A DNA stretch of 45,938 bases from Spirochaetota bacterium (GTDB taxonomy: Bacteria; Spirochaetota; B62-G9; DRHN01). Under the pieces are notes generated by a model that was not told the origin of the DNA, did not search any database, and worked only from the letters and a program-made list of their open reading frames with translations. The stretch covers positions 1 through 45,938 of the forward strand of contig DATKZJ010000063.1 of NCBI GenBank assembly GCA_035527995.1. The letters run 5' to 3'. Of the stretch, positions 1-8,788 are shown piece after piece. Position numbers and translations under genes: made by a program. How positions within the stretch are numbered: the first letter of the stretch is position 1; the number at the start of each line of letters is the position of its first letter.

Positions 1-182
<182 letters not shown>

Positions 183-207
183 CTACGTTCGCACGGTCTT
201 GCGCAAA

Positions 208-1167
208 TCAATATAACTTATCGATTGTATTTATATGCTTGGGATCTATACTCAGCGCCCTTCGCCACTCTTTCCTTGCTGAGATCATATCCCCCTCTTT
301 CTCGTGAATATTCCCGAGCCAGTAGTATGCATCCGCAGATCGCTCATTCAGCTCGAGGACCTTGTAGAGATGGTCCCTGGCCCGTTCATATCTCTCCTCC
401 TGGAAATCGATCCAGGCCAGAGCGGAATAAGTCTCCTCGAGCACCGCGTTGTCGGCAGACCTGTTTATGAGAAGTGTAAACTCCCGAACCGCGCTTTCAT
501 ACAGCCCCTTGTCCTTGTACGCGTGCGCAAGAAAGAGATGCCCTATATCCTTGTCAGAGGCAGCGACGGTCATCTCCAGATATTTAACCGCTTCATCAAT
601 TACGCCGAGCCTGTAGTAACAGTATCCCATTATCTCGTATACCTGTTTGTCCTCGTACCCGGAATCGAGCGCCTTCTTGAGATACCCGGTTGCGAGCTCG
701 TAGTAGAGCGGTCCCTTCTTGAAATATGACATCCCCAGGATATACAGGCTCCTCGTCAGCACGTCATCGAAATTGGATAGTACGATCCCCTTCCTCATAT
801 ACTGTATGGCGCGGTTAATCGACTCTTCCTTCTCCGGGCCGGTGAGGGACGAAGAGATGTTGTAGTATGCCTCCCCCAGATATCTTAATATTCGAGCGTT
901 GTACGGTTTCTTCTCGAGGTAGGGCGCACCTTCGTGCACGACGATATTGTAATTACCGGATTCGAGATTTCTCTCCAAGAAGGTGTAATCATTGAACCGC
1001 AACCTGTAAAACTCCACCATCTTGGAATAAAGAGTGTATGCGTTTAGAAAAAATACAGAGTAAAAGCCTCCCCCTCCCAGCAGGAGCAGGATGATGAGCA
1101 CTATAAAGAGCTTTTTCTTCTTTCTTTTCGGCTTATACAGGTACTTTGAAAAACGATAGTCGCGCAT
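208..1167 (-). CDS. TPR-repeat protein with N-terminal membrane anchor
   Basis: 319-aa ORF. A Lys-rich N-terminus is followed by the hydrophobic helix LFIVLIILLLLGGGGFYSVFF and then TPR-like 34-residue units (e.g. AYYWLGNIHEKEGDMISARKEWRRALSIDPKH). A 3-nt gap to the upstream ORF suggests an operon. Confidence 0.7.
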   Translation of the reverse strand: MRDYRFSKYLYKPKRKKKKLFIVLIILLLLGGGGFYSVFFLNAYTLYSKMVEFYRLRFNDYTFLERNLESGNYNIVVHEGAPYLEKKPYNARILRYLGEAYYNISSSLTGPEKEESINRAIQYMRKGIVLSNFDDVLTRSLYILGMSYFKKGPLYYELATGYLKKALDSGYEDKQVYEIMGYCYYRLGVIDEAVKYLEMTVAASDKDIGHLFLAHAYKDKGLYESAVREFTLLINRSADNAVLEETYSALAWIDFQEERYERARDHLYKVLELNERSADAYYWLGNIHEKEGDMISARKEWRRALSIDPKHINTIDKLY

Positions 1168-1170
1168 AGG

Positions 1171-1692
1171 TTACATTAGAGCATGCAGTATGTATTTAAA
1201 TCTCGCCCTCTCTCCCTCGAGCTTAATAACATCCTTCTTTTTCTTCACGTTCTTCCTCTTGATGACAATATACGGGTCGAAGAAACGGTAGTTCCCTATG
1301 GAGGATATATAGATCCTTTTCAAGTTCTCCCCGTCGAAGACGAGTATGTTTTTCGACGTTAGTGCGATCTCTCCTTTCAGCTCCATGTTCAGTTTAGCTT
1401 TATCGAGCGTAAGCTGCCCAGGATCTACCGGAGTCTCCAGAGAAAAAAAGGTGCAGGATCCGATATAGTGAACGGCCTCGTTTTTTCCGAGCCCCGGCAC
1501 GGGCCGGTCGGGCTTGAGCACAGGGACATAGTAGTCTTCCCTTTCCTCCCCTGCTTCATCACCAGTTTCCCCGTTATCGCTCTCCCTCTCAATCCCCCTC
1601 TTTCTGGAAAGGTCACTGCTCCGGTAGAATATGATCGTAGCAAAAAAAACAATAATACCAAATATTATTATTGATAAAAAAATAAAAAACAT
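1171..1692 (-). CDS. Hypothetical single-pass membrane protein
   Basis: 173-aa ORF with an N-terminal TM helix (FFIFLSIIIFGIIVFFATIIFY), an acidic linker and a small C-terminal globular part. No family recognised. Confidence 0.5.
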   Translation of the reverse strand: MFFIFLSIIIFGIIVFFATIIFYRSSDLSRKRGIERESDNGETGDEAGEEREDYYVPVLKPDRPVPGLGKNEAVHYIGSCTFFSLETPVDPGQLTLDKAKLNMELKGEIALTSKNILVFDGENLKRIYISSIGNYRFFDPYIVIKRKNVKKKKDVIKLEGERARFKYILHALM

Positions 1693-2239
1693 ACTACCGC
1701 CTTATTGACAAGAATATTATTTTACAGATGAGTAAAAGTCAAATCATTTAAGCGGATACCACGTACGTTATACCTTTTTCATCATTGTAAGGCCGAATGG
1801 AAAGGAGAGTGCACTTCCAGAGGCGTTAAAAAAGTTGGAGCGAGTACCTTTTCTTAAAGGATGAGGGGCTTGTAGACCAGGGATCCTGTGACCGGGAGGG
1901 AAGATCTGTTCGGTTATAAGTAAAAGCCAACCGTCCGGATGCGTAAAGGCTCTACAGATGCTCACCTGTGCGGTGCACGATTTTGGGGAGATGAAACCCT
2001 GAAAGCCCGCTGCGACAGAGCGTTTCAAACCTTCTCGAGAATGGCCTTTCAGGGTGCAACCATCATGGCGTCGTATGACCAGAAGGCATCATACAGGGCG
2101 ACACTGAAGTTTGTCATCACAGGGAACCTCGGGCCACCTCCGCCCTGTTTATAGTAAAAGCAACGGTTCACCGTAAAACGAGGTTTTACCTCTCGAACAG
2201 GGCTCCCGGGGAAACCGGCTTCTGAAAGCAACCCGCCTT

Positions 2240-2644
2240 TCAGACTTCAAGAAAGAGTGCCCCGGCCTCCACCCTTTTTTCTCCCGCCTCATCCTCGCAC
2301 CACGCCTCGAGCTTCAGCCTCCTGCCGCGGGTCTCCACACACCTTCCCCTCACGATGATCTCTTCATCGACTCGAACGGGCTTAATGAACCTTACCTCGA
2401 TACGCAACGTCACTGCCGGTTTTTTGTCGAAGAGACATACCTTTGCCATCACCTCATCCAGGACCATTGTGATGAACCCGCCGTGGACCACCTCCTTGAA
2501 ACCCTGCATATATTCCTTCGGTCTCCACCTTGTATATACTTCTTTCTTTTCGGTGTCCCGGGAGAACTCTAGCCGTAATCCGTTCGGGTTTTCCCTGCCG
2601 CAGACGAAGCAGCCCTCATATGTGTCGCTGTACTCTACTTCCAC
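2240..2644 (-). CDS. PaaI-family hotdog-fold thioesterase
   Basis: 134 aa. The N-terminal CFVCGRENPNGLRLEF motif and the VVHGGFITMVLDEVM core are typical of PaaI/hotdog thioesterases. Confidence 0.75.
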   Translation of the reverse strand: MEVEYSDTYEGCFVCGRENPNGLRLEFSRDTEKKEVYTRWRPKEYMQGFKEVVHGGFITMVLDEVMAKVCLFDKKPAVTLRIEVRFIKPVRVDEEIIVRGRCVETRGRRLKLEAWCEDEAGEKRVEAGALFLEV

Positions 2645-2673
2645 CTGTAATTCCCTCAGGACCGGTATAGGAG

Positions 2674-5600
2674 CTATTTTACAATGAGCACCTTTCTAAC
2701 GTACCGATCACTCCCTATTTTAATCACCATGTAATATACTCCCGGAACAACCGTTGTGCCGTTCCTGTTCCTGCCGTTCCAGGTTACAAGGTTCGTTCCT
2801 GCACTTCCTGTGCCGTCGAAGAGCACCTTTACCGGATTTCCTGCAAGGTCATACGCAGTGATCGTTACCTTCCTGCCGGAATCGATATAGTAGTTGATAT
2901 AGGTTACGTCCCCGGTGCGCGGGTTAATGACATTGTTCCGTATGGTAACCCTCTGTGACTGCTCATAGAAGACCTTGAAATTCCACGGCACGCTTCCCCC
3001 GGAAGACTCAGGCCCGTCGGAGTAGTAGATCGCCCCGTCGGTGTCCACGAGGAACCGGACGACTGCGCCTTCGACCATCTCGGCATCGTCGTGAGGGATC
3101 GTTGCAGTCCAGCTCATTGCAGACCCGGTTGCGACGACCCTCCTATCGTTGGGGTTTGCGGGCGAGAGCCCGTCCGGCAGGGCCCCGACATCGAACCATA
3201 ACGCCACAAAGTTGGCATTAAACTGCGTTTCTATACTAATCGTGATGTCAGAGTCCATGAACGCAGCCGGGAGGAGCGGATTTTCGAATACACTCGAGCC
3301 GTCCGTTGCCGTGACCTTGACGATGAGGTTTGACCCTGCCCCGCCTATATCGACCTCGGCACCCTGTGGTGACTTCTGTGCGAGGAGGTCCTCGACGCAG
3401 GTGGTTCCTCCCGCCTTGATCCCGATCCCGGACGGGTTGCCGGGACCCGGCACAGACCACAGATCGGGCAGTATGAGAGAAGGGGTGGCCCCTAGCACTA
3501 TATTAATGTAAACATCACCGGGAGTCGGATCATCGAGAGAGCTCCCTGCTCCGAACGAGTCGCCGAACGCCGCATTGAGGAGCTCGAAATCGGAACTGTT
3601 CGTACATGCAAGCTGCACAGGCTCCGTAAACTCGATCTGTATATAATCCCCGACGTCTATGTCGTTGCTGTCAGGGTCATTGAAGACTGCCGTTATCATT
3701 ATCGGTTTGGCACCGTCAGCCGTGTTCTCCGTCTCGCCGTTGAGCATCTCGTTCGGCGTTGCGGCCTCCAGTATCTTGCTCGAGCCGAGCGTGCTGTACG
3801 AGGTAGAGGGAGTTACTCCTGTATCGTAGCTTCCGCCCTCATTGATAAGCAGTGTAACGGTGCTGACGTCTGCAGCGCCGTAGCTTCCGTTCTGTATCGT
3901 ATACCCGAAAACCGCGATACAGTCCAGGCCGTCACCGCCCCCCCCCGCATCGGTGATGTCAACATTCTCGCTGAACTGCACGGTAATACGGTCTATACAA
4001 CCGTTCTCGTCGAAGTCATCAGTAACAATGCTCCTGAAGGCGGGAAGGGCGCCGTCCTCTGCTGTTCCGCCGGTATCGCCGAGTCGGTTTCCTGCGAGAT
4101 CGACGAGAAATATATCGGCCCCTGAGTAGTCGTAGCCCGGGATTGCGTCCGTGTCCCACAGACCGGTCTCTGTAAAGGTTATGCTGAACCTGTTGTCATT
4201 TGCATCCGCATCAAGGACTCCGTCGCTTATTCCGATCACAGACGTGCTGAAGCCTTCACCGTCGTGGGTCGCAATGTCGAAGTTGGTTGCGGTAAAACCG
4301 TCCTGTATGCCGCTGCTCGAAACATCGCTGGTCTCGAACTCGACCCGGTCGATATGGCCGTTCCCATTCAAATCGTAGGTCGCTTCCCAGCTTATGGACG
4401 GGCTATCAAGGTCCCATGCCGTAGCCGACGTTGCCAATACAGCCGCCGTAGATACGACCGGGTTTCCCGAAGCATCCTGTATCCCCGCATTGGCAGCCGG
4501 GATAAAGTTCCCTGAGGGCGCTGTATTCCCACTGGAGATACTACCGTGCGCGTCATCGCTCCTCGCGAGGTCGAACCGGACGATCCCTCCTGCTTCAACT
4601 GTCACTCCGACCTCAGTGATTGGAACAACAACATTACCACCAGTAGCAAAGCTCCCGTATCCACTCAAAACGCCGTTCGAATAATCTCCGCCGTGACCCG
4701 TGTCAAACCCCCCACCTGTCTCATCATCTCCGTCACTCGCTGTAAGTCCGCTCCCGGGAAGGAGGTCTCCACACCAGACAGGTTCACTGAAAGTAAGGTT
4801 TACCCTGTTCCACCAGTTCGTGCCGGATACGTTCAGCCTTGTAGTCTCAGCGGCGACCAGTACCGGATTCGCCCCGTCAGAGGTTGTGCCGCCTACAATG
4901 CTCGCAAGCTTGTTTGCAGAAAAGTCCTCTACATCATCCGTCCCGTCCTGTGTATAATCAAAATTTGGTGTGATACCAGTATCATAGCCCCCACCCTGTG
5001 TAAAACCTATACTGAATCTTTCATCATCTGCATCATTGTCATCCACTCCACCATTTATACCAGTAACAGCCGTCGAGAAACTCTCCCCTACATAACCCGC
5101 AATGTTAAAATTATCTATCCCAGGTACATCAACTATTGGTTCGCTGAGCTCAAACTCAACCCTGTCTATAAAACCATCAAAGTTGTTATCGTAAGTCTTT
5201 GCGACGACTATGACCGGTCCCGCCCCGTCTGTGGCCATCCTGCTCGTAAGGGGATTCGTATTGGGCGTGATCGGAACGAGATCTTCGATATTCCCTGCCA
5301 CTACACTCAATGTCGGCGTCGCGTCCGTACCGGCCGAAGGCCACGTGATGTCTAACCATATGACCGCATCGTTCACCCCACCGTCTGCAGGAACACTGTT
5401 GACGCTCCCTCCCCCGTCAATGCCGAAATCACCCGCCGTGACACTCCCATCGTTTATACCCTCGCTGAACGTCACCTCGAGGCGGTCGATCGTCCCGTCC
5501 ACATTCATGTCCATCGTAATGAGATCACTGATGACAGGACCCGCCCCGTCAGTGGCCTGCAGCGAATGATCATCAGCGATCTCTCCTGAACCACCACTAA

Positions 5601-5955
5601 TTATATTGGCTCTCCCCTGTTTATAGGTGATTGTTGGCTTCTCGCCTGTATCGTATGATCCAATCTCGATCAATCCGACGGGCAGAGGGTCACCCAATGT
5701 TACAGTTCCCAAATAATCATTGGTATCTATGTTATAGGTAATTGGTGTTATATCAAAGCAGGCCAATCCCGAATCAGAACCGGTAACATCAACTGTCTCA
5801 CTAAAGCGGATAGAGAGCTGGTCGATATGGCCATTACTGTCCATGTCTATTGTTGTTACCGAATCAATGACCAGTTGCGAAAACAGGTTTGTGGGAATCA
5901 GGAACAGTGAAATAATAAAAACTACCGATACGAAAAATGCTTTCAATGTCTTCAT
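2674..5955 (-). CDS. Secreted 1093-aa repeat-rich surface protein with FlgD-Ig / T9SS-type C-terminal sorting-like domain
   Basis: Signal peptide MKTLKAFFVSVVFIISLFLIPTNLFSQ. About seven modules each open with a D-x-[DN]-x-[DN]-G-x-I-D-[RQ] calcium-loop-like motif followed by F[ST]E. The last ~85 aa (VTITAYDLAGNPVKVLFDG...GVYYMVIKIGSDRYVRKVLIVK) resemble FlgD-Ig/T9SS C-terminal domains. Confidence 0.8.
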   Translation of the reverse strand: MKTLKAFFVSVVFIISLFLIPTNLFSQLVIDSVTTIDMDSNGHIDQLSIRFSETVDVTGSDSGLACFDITPITYNIDTNDYLGTVTLGDPLPVGLIEIGSYDTGEKPTITYKQGRANIISGGSGEIADDHSLQATDGAGPVISDLITMDMNVDGTIDRLEVTFSEGINDGSVTAGDFGIDGGGSVNSVPADGGVNDAVIWLDITWPSAGTDATPTLSVVAGNIEDLVPITPNTNPLTSRMATDGAGPVIVVAKTYDNNFDGFIDRVEFELSEPIVDVPGIDNFNIAGYVGESFSTAVTGINGGVDDNDADDERFSIGFTQGGGYDTGITPNFDYTQDGTDDVEDFSANKLASIVGGTTSDGANPVLVAAETTRLNVSGTNWWNRVNLTFSEPVWCGDLLPGSGLTASDGDDETGGGFDTGHGGDYSNGVLSGYGSFATGGNVVVPITEVGVTVEAGGIVRFDLARSDDAHGSISSGNTAPSGNFIPAANAGIQDASGNPVVSTAAVLATSATAWDLDSPSISWEATYDLNGNGHIDRVEFETSDVSSSGIQDGFTATNFDIATHDGEGFSTSVIGISDGVLDADANDNRFSITFTETGLWDTDAIPGYDYSGADIFLVDLAGNRLGDTGGTAEDGALPAFRSIVTDDFDENGCIDRITVQFSENVDITDAGGGGDGLDCIAVFGYTIQNGSYGAADVSTVTLLINEGGSYDTGVTPSTSYSTLGSSKILEAATPNEMLNGETENTADGAKPIMITAVFNDPDSNDIDVGDYIQIEFTEPVQLACTNSSDFELLNAAFGDSFGAGSSLDDPTPGDVYINIVLGATPSLILPDLWSVPGPGNPSGIGIKAGGTTCVEDLLAQKSPQGAEVDIGGAGSNLIVKVTATDGSSVFENPLLPAAFMDSDITISIETQFNANFVALWFDVGALPDGLSPANPNDRRVVATGSAMSWTATIPHDDAEMVEGAVVRFLVDTDGAIYYSDGPESSGGSVPWNFKVFYEQSQRVTIRNNVINPRTGDVTYINYYIDSGRKVTITAYDLAGNPVKVLFDGTGSAGTNLVTWNGRNRNGTTVVPGVYYMVIKIGSDRYVRKVLIVK

Positions 5956-5956
5956 G

Positions 5957-7093
5957 TTAATCTTCTTTTACCTGCCTCCGCTCCTCTTCCATCTTCACCT
6001 TTACTGAAATTGCGTCTTTCAGCTGCAGAGCCTGTTTGTGTTTCGGGTCAATCTCCAGAACCCGTTCGACCATCTCCAGCGCCTCTTCATACCGGGCCTT
6101 CCTGTATAGATCGAGAGCCTTCATATAAAATGTTCCGATCTCTTTCTTTCTCTCCTCGATCCGAGTTACACCGAAATAGTATGAGAAGGAAACTGAAAAC
6201 ATGTTTAAGAACGCCAGACTCGGGCTGTAGGAGGCCTGGACACGTATGTCCCTGCTTCTGTATCCCAGCCCTACAGCGAACATGGGGTTCTCCTTGATCT
6301 GCACTCCGCCTTCCAGAAAAAACCTTTTACTGAAATCAAACTCCGCGCCGATTGAACCGTATAAAGGCTCATAGACCGGCACTGCAATCTCGGCGGCAAC
6401 AAGGAGATTTTTCAGCACCCTGTACGAGGCCCCCGCATGGATCTCGAGCGGGAGCTTCTCCATCATCCTGCTGTACCCGATGTTCTTTACCGCGAGCCCG
6501 AATACAAGGCTCGGATCAGGACCGATGTGCCGCTTGAGGAGGTTTGTACGTACTATGACGCCGATGTCCGTCGCAAAGAGCAGATAGCTCTGTCCCGGGT
6601 AGAGCTCTTCTGGAACATTGTTGTAGAAGAGCTTCAGGTTCGCTCCAACCGCCATGTCGAGCGGGGAGAACTGATAGCCGAAGTTCAGAACACCGAGGCT
6701 CTGCGATATGATGTGGGATTGTCCGGTGGTCTCGCCGTAGTAGTCATAGTGAACGAACGGGAGATAGAGGTAGGTAAAACCGGCCCCGATAAAGAACCGT
6801 TCCGCAATGCCAGTCGAGAACCTGATGGCCTCATAGTTCACATCCTCGATCCATTCCTGATGGAGCACGGAGACCTTGTAGATCTTCCTCGTATCTCCGC
6901 CTGCAGGATTCGAATCGATATAGAAGGCATCATCGCTGATACCGACGAACGCCCCGCCGAGGCTCAGCGCCCTTGATCCGTAGATGAGCTTCAGCATCGG
7001 AGGACCCGCCTCTCCAGTATAGGGGAAGAGGAGGGAGGCCGGGCACAAAAAAAGAAGGAGAATAAAAACAAGGCTTTTAAAAAGACCTTTCAA
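5957..7093 (-). CDS. PorV/PorQ-like outer-membrane beta-barrel protein with C-terminal TPR-like tail
   Basis: Has a signal peptide. The N-terminal GSRALSLGGAFVGISDDAFYIDSNPAGG motif resembles PorV/PorQ-type barrels. An alternating beta-strand pattern ends at ...SVSFSYYF and is followed by a ~60-aa helical TPR-like tail (ALDLYRKARYEEALEMVERVLEIDPKHKQAL). The stop is 1 nt from the start of the downstream surface-protein gene. Confidence 0.55.
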   Translation of the reverse strand: MKGLFKSLVFILLLFLCPASLLFPYTGEAGPPMLKLIYGSRALSLGGAFVGISDDAFYIDSNPAGGDTRKIYKVSVLHQEWIEDVNYEAIRFSTGIAERFFIGAGFTYLYLPFVHYDYYGETTGQSHIISQSLGVLNFGYQFSPLDMAVGANLKLFYNNVPEELYPGQSYLLFATDIGVIVRTNLLKRHIGPDPSLVFGLAVKNIGYSRMMEKLPLEIHAGASYRVLKNLLVAAEIAVPVYEPLYGSIGAEFDFSKRFFLEGGVQIKENPMFAVGLGYRSRDIRVQASYSPSLAFLNMFSVSFSYYFGVTRIEERKKEIGTFYMKALDLYRKARYEEALEMVERVLEIDPKHKQALQLKDAISVKVKMEEERRQVKED

Positions 7094-7576
7094 AGCTCTC
7101 GACCACCTCTGTTCGCAGATATGGAGCAGTGCTTTCGTTCGCAGGACCTTCTATATAAGAATATAGCACACATGGTGACATGCTGCAAAAACGCACTGCC
7201 CGCTCATCCCTGTCACCAGCTATTCAGCCTCTTTAGAATTAATCGGCTTAATACCCCGATTCCGGTAAAAAAACTTGCCCGGAAGCCCGCAGGCACCCCT
7301 ATCCTGCTGGGTTCGATGTTTCAATTTTTCATTCAAGATGTGCAGCAGGGCCGAATTTCGAACCTTGCAGTATTAAAAGCATCTCTACTCGCATGCGGTT
7401 TCCTGAAAGGAGAATCAAAAATGGTATAACGGTTTGAGACCGCCCTCTCCTCTTAAATTCCCGATCATCCCTTTCACTCTATACCGAGACAGGAGAAAAA
7501 AACAGGCCTTTAACCTCTGTGCCTCTGGTCTTTTTTAATCGTTGTTTTCTATCTCTCCGTATAATGAGGCATCCTC

Positions 7577-8593
7577 TCAGCGGATAATCGACGCTTCCGT
7601 TTCCTGATGATCCGCCCTCCCCCTGTGAACTGTGACCCTCCTCTTCGTCCCGAAGTCGATCTCAAACCCGACGGCATCATCCTTCTTCTTCTTCGAAGCA
7701 ATCGATGCCGCGTCGCTGTAGCGGGCGATTATCCGCAGCGCTTTACGAATCGTCCCCGCGGCGCCGTCCCACATCATCACGCTGTAGGGGCCCGGGACGT
7801 CACGAACATCGATCTTCAGGTTCCCCCATCCGAGCCTGCAGAGAAAATCGTTTTCCGTCCTGTTCCTTCCGACAACGAGTTTGCAGCCCTCCGAGAGTCG
7901 AAAATGCCTTCCGTAGCGAAGTAAGATAAAGTCATCGACCCCCGGTTCAGCGGCATGCTCAACGAGATCTCTGAACCTCGCCTTAAACCCCTTCTCCGTG
8001 AGGATACACCCTCCCGCAGGTGACGGATACTCCCCTATTCCAAGGCGCGCCGCCATCTCCATCTGGGCCTTTCTTCCCCTGCCAGATATGGCATAGAGGT
8101 TTTCCCTGTTCACCCACCCTTCGGTCTCCGGGACCGTCGGCTGGAGAAGCCTCGCCGACAGGGGTCGGAGCAGATAGCCCTCGAGGCCGCTTCTTCTCTC
8201 TATTAGTTTCATAATGTTTTTTTTCTGGGACATGGGACGCTGCCCTACTACCTCTCCGGAGGCGACAAAGTCCGCCCCTATCTCTTTGGCGAGCTCCCAT
8301 GCTTTTTTGAAGAACAGTATCTTACAGTCGATACATGGATTGACCCCGCTCCCGTACCCGTACCTGGGGTGAAGCAGGACATCCGTATACTCCTCCGATA
8401 TATCAACATTGAGAAGGGGAAAGCCCAGAATTTCATCCTTTTTCTTGAAATCCCCGGGCAGTCTGTATTTCGGTATGTTGAACCAGGAGAGAAAATGAAC
8501 ACCCCACACATCGAGCCCTTCACGACCCATGATCTTCAGCGTCAGCAGGGAGTCGAGACCGCCGCTCGTGAGAACGAGAACCTTCCGCTTCAT
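7577..8593 (-). CDS. PP-loop ATP pyrophosphatase, ThiI/MnmA-related tRNA sulfurtransferase-like
   Basis: PP-loop SGGLDS near the N-terminus, an NPCIDCK cysteine motif, and GEVVGQRPMSQ as in adenylating tRNA thiolases. The substrate is not assignable from sequence alone. Confidence 0.6.
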   Translation of the reverse strand: MKRKVLVLTSGGLDSLLTLKIMGREGLDVWGVHFLSWFNIPKYRLPGDFKKKDEILGFPLLNVDISEEYTDVLLHPRYGYGSGVNPCIDCKILFFKKAWELAKEIGADFVASGEVVGQRPMSQKKNIMKLIERRSGLEGYLLRPLSARLLQPTVPETEGWVNRENLYAISGRGRKAQMEMAARLGIGEYPSPAGGCILTEKGFKARFRDLVEHAAEPGVDDFILLRYGRHFRLSEGCKLVVGRNRTENDFLCRLGWGNLKIDVRDVPGPYSVMMWDGAAGTIRKALRIIARYSDAASIASKKKKDDAVGFEIDFGTKRRVTVHRGRADHQETEASIIR

Positions 8594-8646
8594 CCTGTTC
8601 TTCTACCCCCTGCGGGTCCCCCACAGGGGATCCCTGCGGGATGGAA

Positions 8647-8688
8647 TAAAAAAGAGGAATAGAGCCCACCTCCGGTCCCTATTCCTCT
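8647..8688 (-). terminator. Intrinsic terminator downstream of hppA
   Basis: 10-bp stem AGAGGAATAG/CTATTCCTCT (8653-8662 / 8679-8688) with a 16-nt loop. On the minus strand it is followed by a T-run (the complement of the A-run at 8647-8652). Confidence 0.7.
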
Positions 8689-8788
8689 TTTGAAACGGGT
8701 CATATAGAGTATCTTGGTATGTGGTCTCTGATCCACAGGACCTTCGGTCCAGATGACCTCAGATCTTTCAGATAATCAATCCGTCAGA

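Noticed and set aside
1790-2230. Local resemblances to known RNAs: an SRP helix-8-like hairpin (ACCAGG...CCGGGAGGGAAG), FMN-riboswitch-like GCCAACCGUCCGGAUG, and an RNase P CR-V-like AACCGGCUUCUG
   Set aside because: Each match is short and isolated. The partner conserved elements are absent on both strands (SRP AGCA loop, RFN GGGUGAAAUUCCC/AGCCCG, RNase P GAGGAAAGUCC and GGUAAGAGCGCACC), as is any tmRNA tRNA-like end. The region is kept only as an unclassified structured-RNA candidate.
4546-5355. 269-aa plus-strand ORF and several shorter ORFs inside the surface-protein gene
   Set aside because: They are antisense or alternative frames of a 1093-aa ORF that has a signal peptide, a repeat architecture and a C-terminal sorting-like domain. 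They have no independent support.
7121-7429. 102-aa plus-strand ORF in the 7.1-7.6 kb spacer
   Set aside because: It has no RBS, it runs against the local operon direction, and its Cys/His/Leu-rich sequence shows no motif. The region is reported only as an unexplained spacer.
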